DNA of 60,175 nucleotides from a virus: IMG/VR virus record IMGVR_UViG_3300045988_134226; one strand, 5' to 3'. Shown piece by piece: positions 58,812 to 60,175 of this stretch (position 1 is its first letter; each line of letters starts with the position of its first letter). The notes under the pieces were generated by a model. It saw only the letters and a program-made list of their open reading frames with translations, ran no database searches and was not told where the DNA came from. The position numbers and the translations under genes were made by a program.

Positions 58812-60120
58812 TTATTGTGTTTCAATCCCCGAAACATCAATTTTCCCACTCATTAAGTCAGGAAGCATAGCGTCCCTTAATTCTGCTAAATACTGATTTT
58901 GCATTGTGTTCAATAATGCAATTTGATTTTTCCATACGGATAAAAATTGTATCAGTATTTCGGGCAAAATTTCTTTATCATTGCACTTAAAAACAAACTC
59001 GTTTTTGTTTTTCGTGAATTGTATGTAGTCCTCTACTTCAATGTCAATTCCTAAAGGCTTCATTTGCTCTTTTACTGATTTTGAGTTTTCCTTACTTTGT
59101 TTATATAAATCAACATCAAATCCTAACTGTTTGGCGATAGTTTCATTTATAACCAATTTACAAGAATTTTGCATACGGCTTATATAATTTATATTATCCG
59201 CTATTTGTTGAAAATCTCGGTGTTGGGTATCTGTGAAGTCCTCAATATCAACCTCAAAATACATACTCGGTGCTAACATATACTTTTTTTCTGCAATTTG
59301 TTCATTTGTTTTGATTACAGAAAATTGCTTGATTTCCTGCTGATTTTCAATAACATCAAGTATCTTTTGTATGTTTTCATCACTTAAAACATTGTACTTC
59401 TTTTTATATGTTCTGTTAGTATGACTTTTACCGCCAAACTGTCCGTTTTGCTCTCGTTCCTCTGTTACGCAATTCTCAACGCTGTGTATTAAGGTGACTT
59501 TTCCTTTGTTCTTTTTGTTCTTATTAAGTACCATAATGCAAGTTGCTATATTAGTACATTCAAACATATTGTTTGGCAATGAAATAACGGTTTCAATTAA
59601 ATCATTATCTATCAAATACTTTCGCACTTCGCTTTCTGTGCGTTGGCTTGCTATTCCGTTCGGCAAAATCAAAATTGCCTTGTTTGTTGCCCTGTGTAGG
59701 CAATGCAAAACAAAAGCATAGTTAGCGTTGCTTGCAGGCGGTATTACAGGAAAACGGCTATCCATTTCTAAGGGTGTCGGCGGTTGCCATTTAATATTAT
59801 ATGGAGGGTTGCTGATTGATACATCAAGGGGAATATTTTCAATATCTTTGAGGGTATTAAGGTCTTGTACTTCTATGACTACGCTGTATTTTTGTCCACG
59901 CAATAATCTGTACGCCTTTATCTTCTCTTTGGTAAGCACATTACCATTGACTACAAAGCCGCTCGCATTATGCAAGCATAAATTAAATAAGAGAAACGGT
60001 ATAACATTTTCGTCGAGTTCTTCAACATAAACATTTTGTATCTGTTCGTGTTTCTTTAACATATCAATAGACAATGCACCGCTACCGCCGCAACAATCAT
60101 AGAAGCAATTACAATTTCCT
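58812..60120 (-). CDS. N6-adenine DNA methyltransferase (HsdM-like core), body of the junction-spanning gene
   Basis: Motif I is FYDCCGGSGALS and motif IV is SISNPPYNIKW. Together with 1..248 the protein is about 518 aa. The TTG given as the start at 60125 is an internal Leu. Confidence 0.85.
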
Positions 60121-60175
60121 GCCAATGCAGAAACAAGGTTACAAAGGCTTTTCGGGGTATAGTCTTGTTTCTTAT
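60121..60175. repeat. Exact 55-bp terminal overlap, copy 2
   Basis: Identical to 1..55. Confidence 0.95.

Overview
The window is a complete, circularly closed temperate phage genome. Bases 1-55 are identical to 60121-60175, so the unique length is 60,120 bp, and one gene reads across the junction. Gene content indicates a contractile-tailed, PBSX-like phage of a low-GC Gram-positive host, probably a Clostridia-type host. The supporting signals are AGGAGG-type ribosome-binding sites (SDs), an XhlA/holin/amidase lysis cassette and a large serine integrase. Almost all genes are on the minus strand. Going down in coordinate from about 52.8 kb the order is: early genes, a recombination/replication module (DUF1351-like, RecT, MBL hydrolase, NinB, SSB, replisome organizer, loader, RusA, dUTPase), a RinA/ArpU-like regulator, a ParB-methyltransferase, terS/terL, portal, a MuF-family protein with an extra C-terminal domain, scaffold, capsid, neck, sheath/tube, tape measure, baseplate, fibres and lysis (ending at 8.7 kb). 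A further roughly 12.5 kb minus-strand accessory operon set runs from 8182 down through position 1 and the junction to about 55.7 kb. It carries an IbrA/IbrB-like PP-loop + ParB pair coupled to a small SNF2 ATPase, plus two N6-adenine methyltransferases. The only plus-strand genes are one small gene (8428-8682) and the lysogeny module (two XRE repressor-like genes, the serine integrase and a catalytically dead resolvase-domain paralog, 52955-55699). The most interesting signals read directly from the sequence are: (i) the candidate DNA-modification island; (ii) a two-hairpin RNA element present three times with compensatory base changes, always after the first gene of an operator-controlled early operon; (iii) four near-consensus promoters, each followed by a structured leader and an intrinsic-terminator-like hairpin in front of the replication, packaging, capsid and baseplate operons, which suggests antitermination control; (iv) a roughly 195-nt structured leader RNA with a triple repeat overlapping its terminator; (v) a MuF-toxin-like fusion with a coupled candidate immunity gene. 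All functional calls rest on motifs recognised by eye. No database search or computation was possible.
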